From Dimorphilus gyrociliatus (Eukaryota > Animalia > Annelida), in NCBI GenBank assembly GCA_904063045.1, contig CAJFCJ010000120.1, forward strand, positions 1 through 34,222: DNA of 34,222 nt, given 5' to 3'. Positions 34,041 through 34,222 of this stretch are shown here, piece after piece. The notes below the pieces were generated by a model that saw only the letters and a program-made list of their open reading frames with translations, made no database searches and was not told the DNA's origin. Numbering within the stretch: position 1 is the stretch's first letter; every line of letters begins with the position of its first letter. The translations under genes and the position numbers were made by a program.

Positions 34041-34222
34041 TGTTAACCCTAATTATTATACACATCATATTTAATGAATATTAATTATATCTTCCACTAT
34101 TCTATTTATATTTGAGCTTTTAGATTATTGTCACTTTTCAACAGTATTGTATGCACAATACTATATTGAATGATTAAGTTTAATACTTTTATCCTACCAG
34201 TCCTTTACACAGAAACATATAT

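Noticed and set aside
1-34222. CRISPR arrays, rRNA/tRNA genes, prokaryotic operons or defence systems
   Set aside because: No regularly spaced repeats or RNA-gene signatures were seen, and spliceosomal introns show the DNA is eukaryotic.

Overview
AT-rich eukaryotic (animal) genomic DNA from a gene-dense, compact genome. Most spliceosomal introns I could read are GT-AG and about 50-90 bp. The gene content (class A GPCRs, GRL101/LGR-like receptors, a C1q-domain protein, a MULE transposon, TTAGGG motifs) fits an invertebrate, probably a lophotrochozoan with a miniaturised genome; this is an inference, not an identification. Apparently intact genes: two orphan class A GPCRs (837-1843 +, 5731-6687 -), a secreted CBM14-TSP1-3xC1q protein (23133-24819 +) and a 4-exon GNAT acetyltransferase with a bacterial-looking sequence pattern (27633-28568 -). 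Genes with a single lesion: an RBR E3 ubiquitin ligase split by one frameshift inside RING1 (2632-5299 -), and a secreted lectin-like/FAMeT mosaic protein with a TAG at the start of an internal exon (8105-10401 -). Decaying genes: two more GPCR paralogues, a large furin-like Cys-rich/Ly6 surface protein, and three LDLa-rich GRL101-like receptor remnants. Mobile DNA: an intron-containing MULE transposase with an intact catalytic core and one surviving terminus, plus a dispersed short element carrying telomeric TTAGGG repeats whose end motif resembles the MULE subterminal motif. No rRNA, tRNA or CRISPR array was seen. All splicing and translation were done by eye with no database searches, so family calls rest on motifs. 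I found no compelling new multi-gene system; the best leads are the telomere-repeat element/MULE link, the RBR frameshift, the GNAT and the C1q mosaic.
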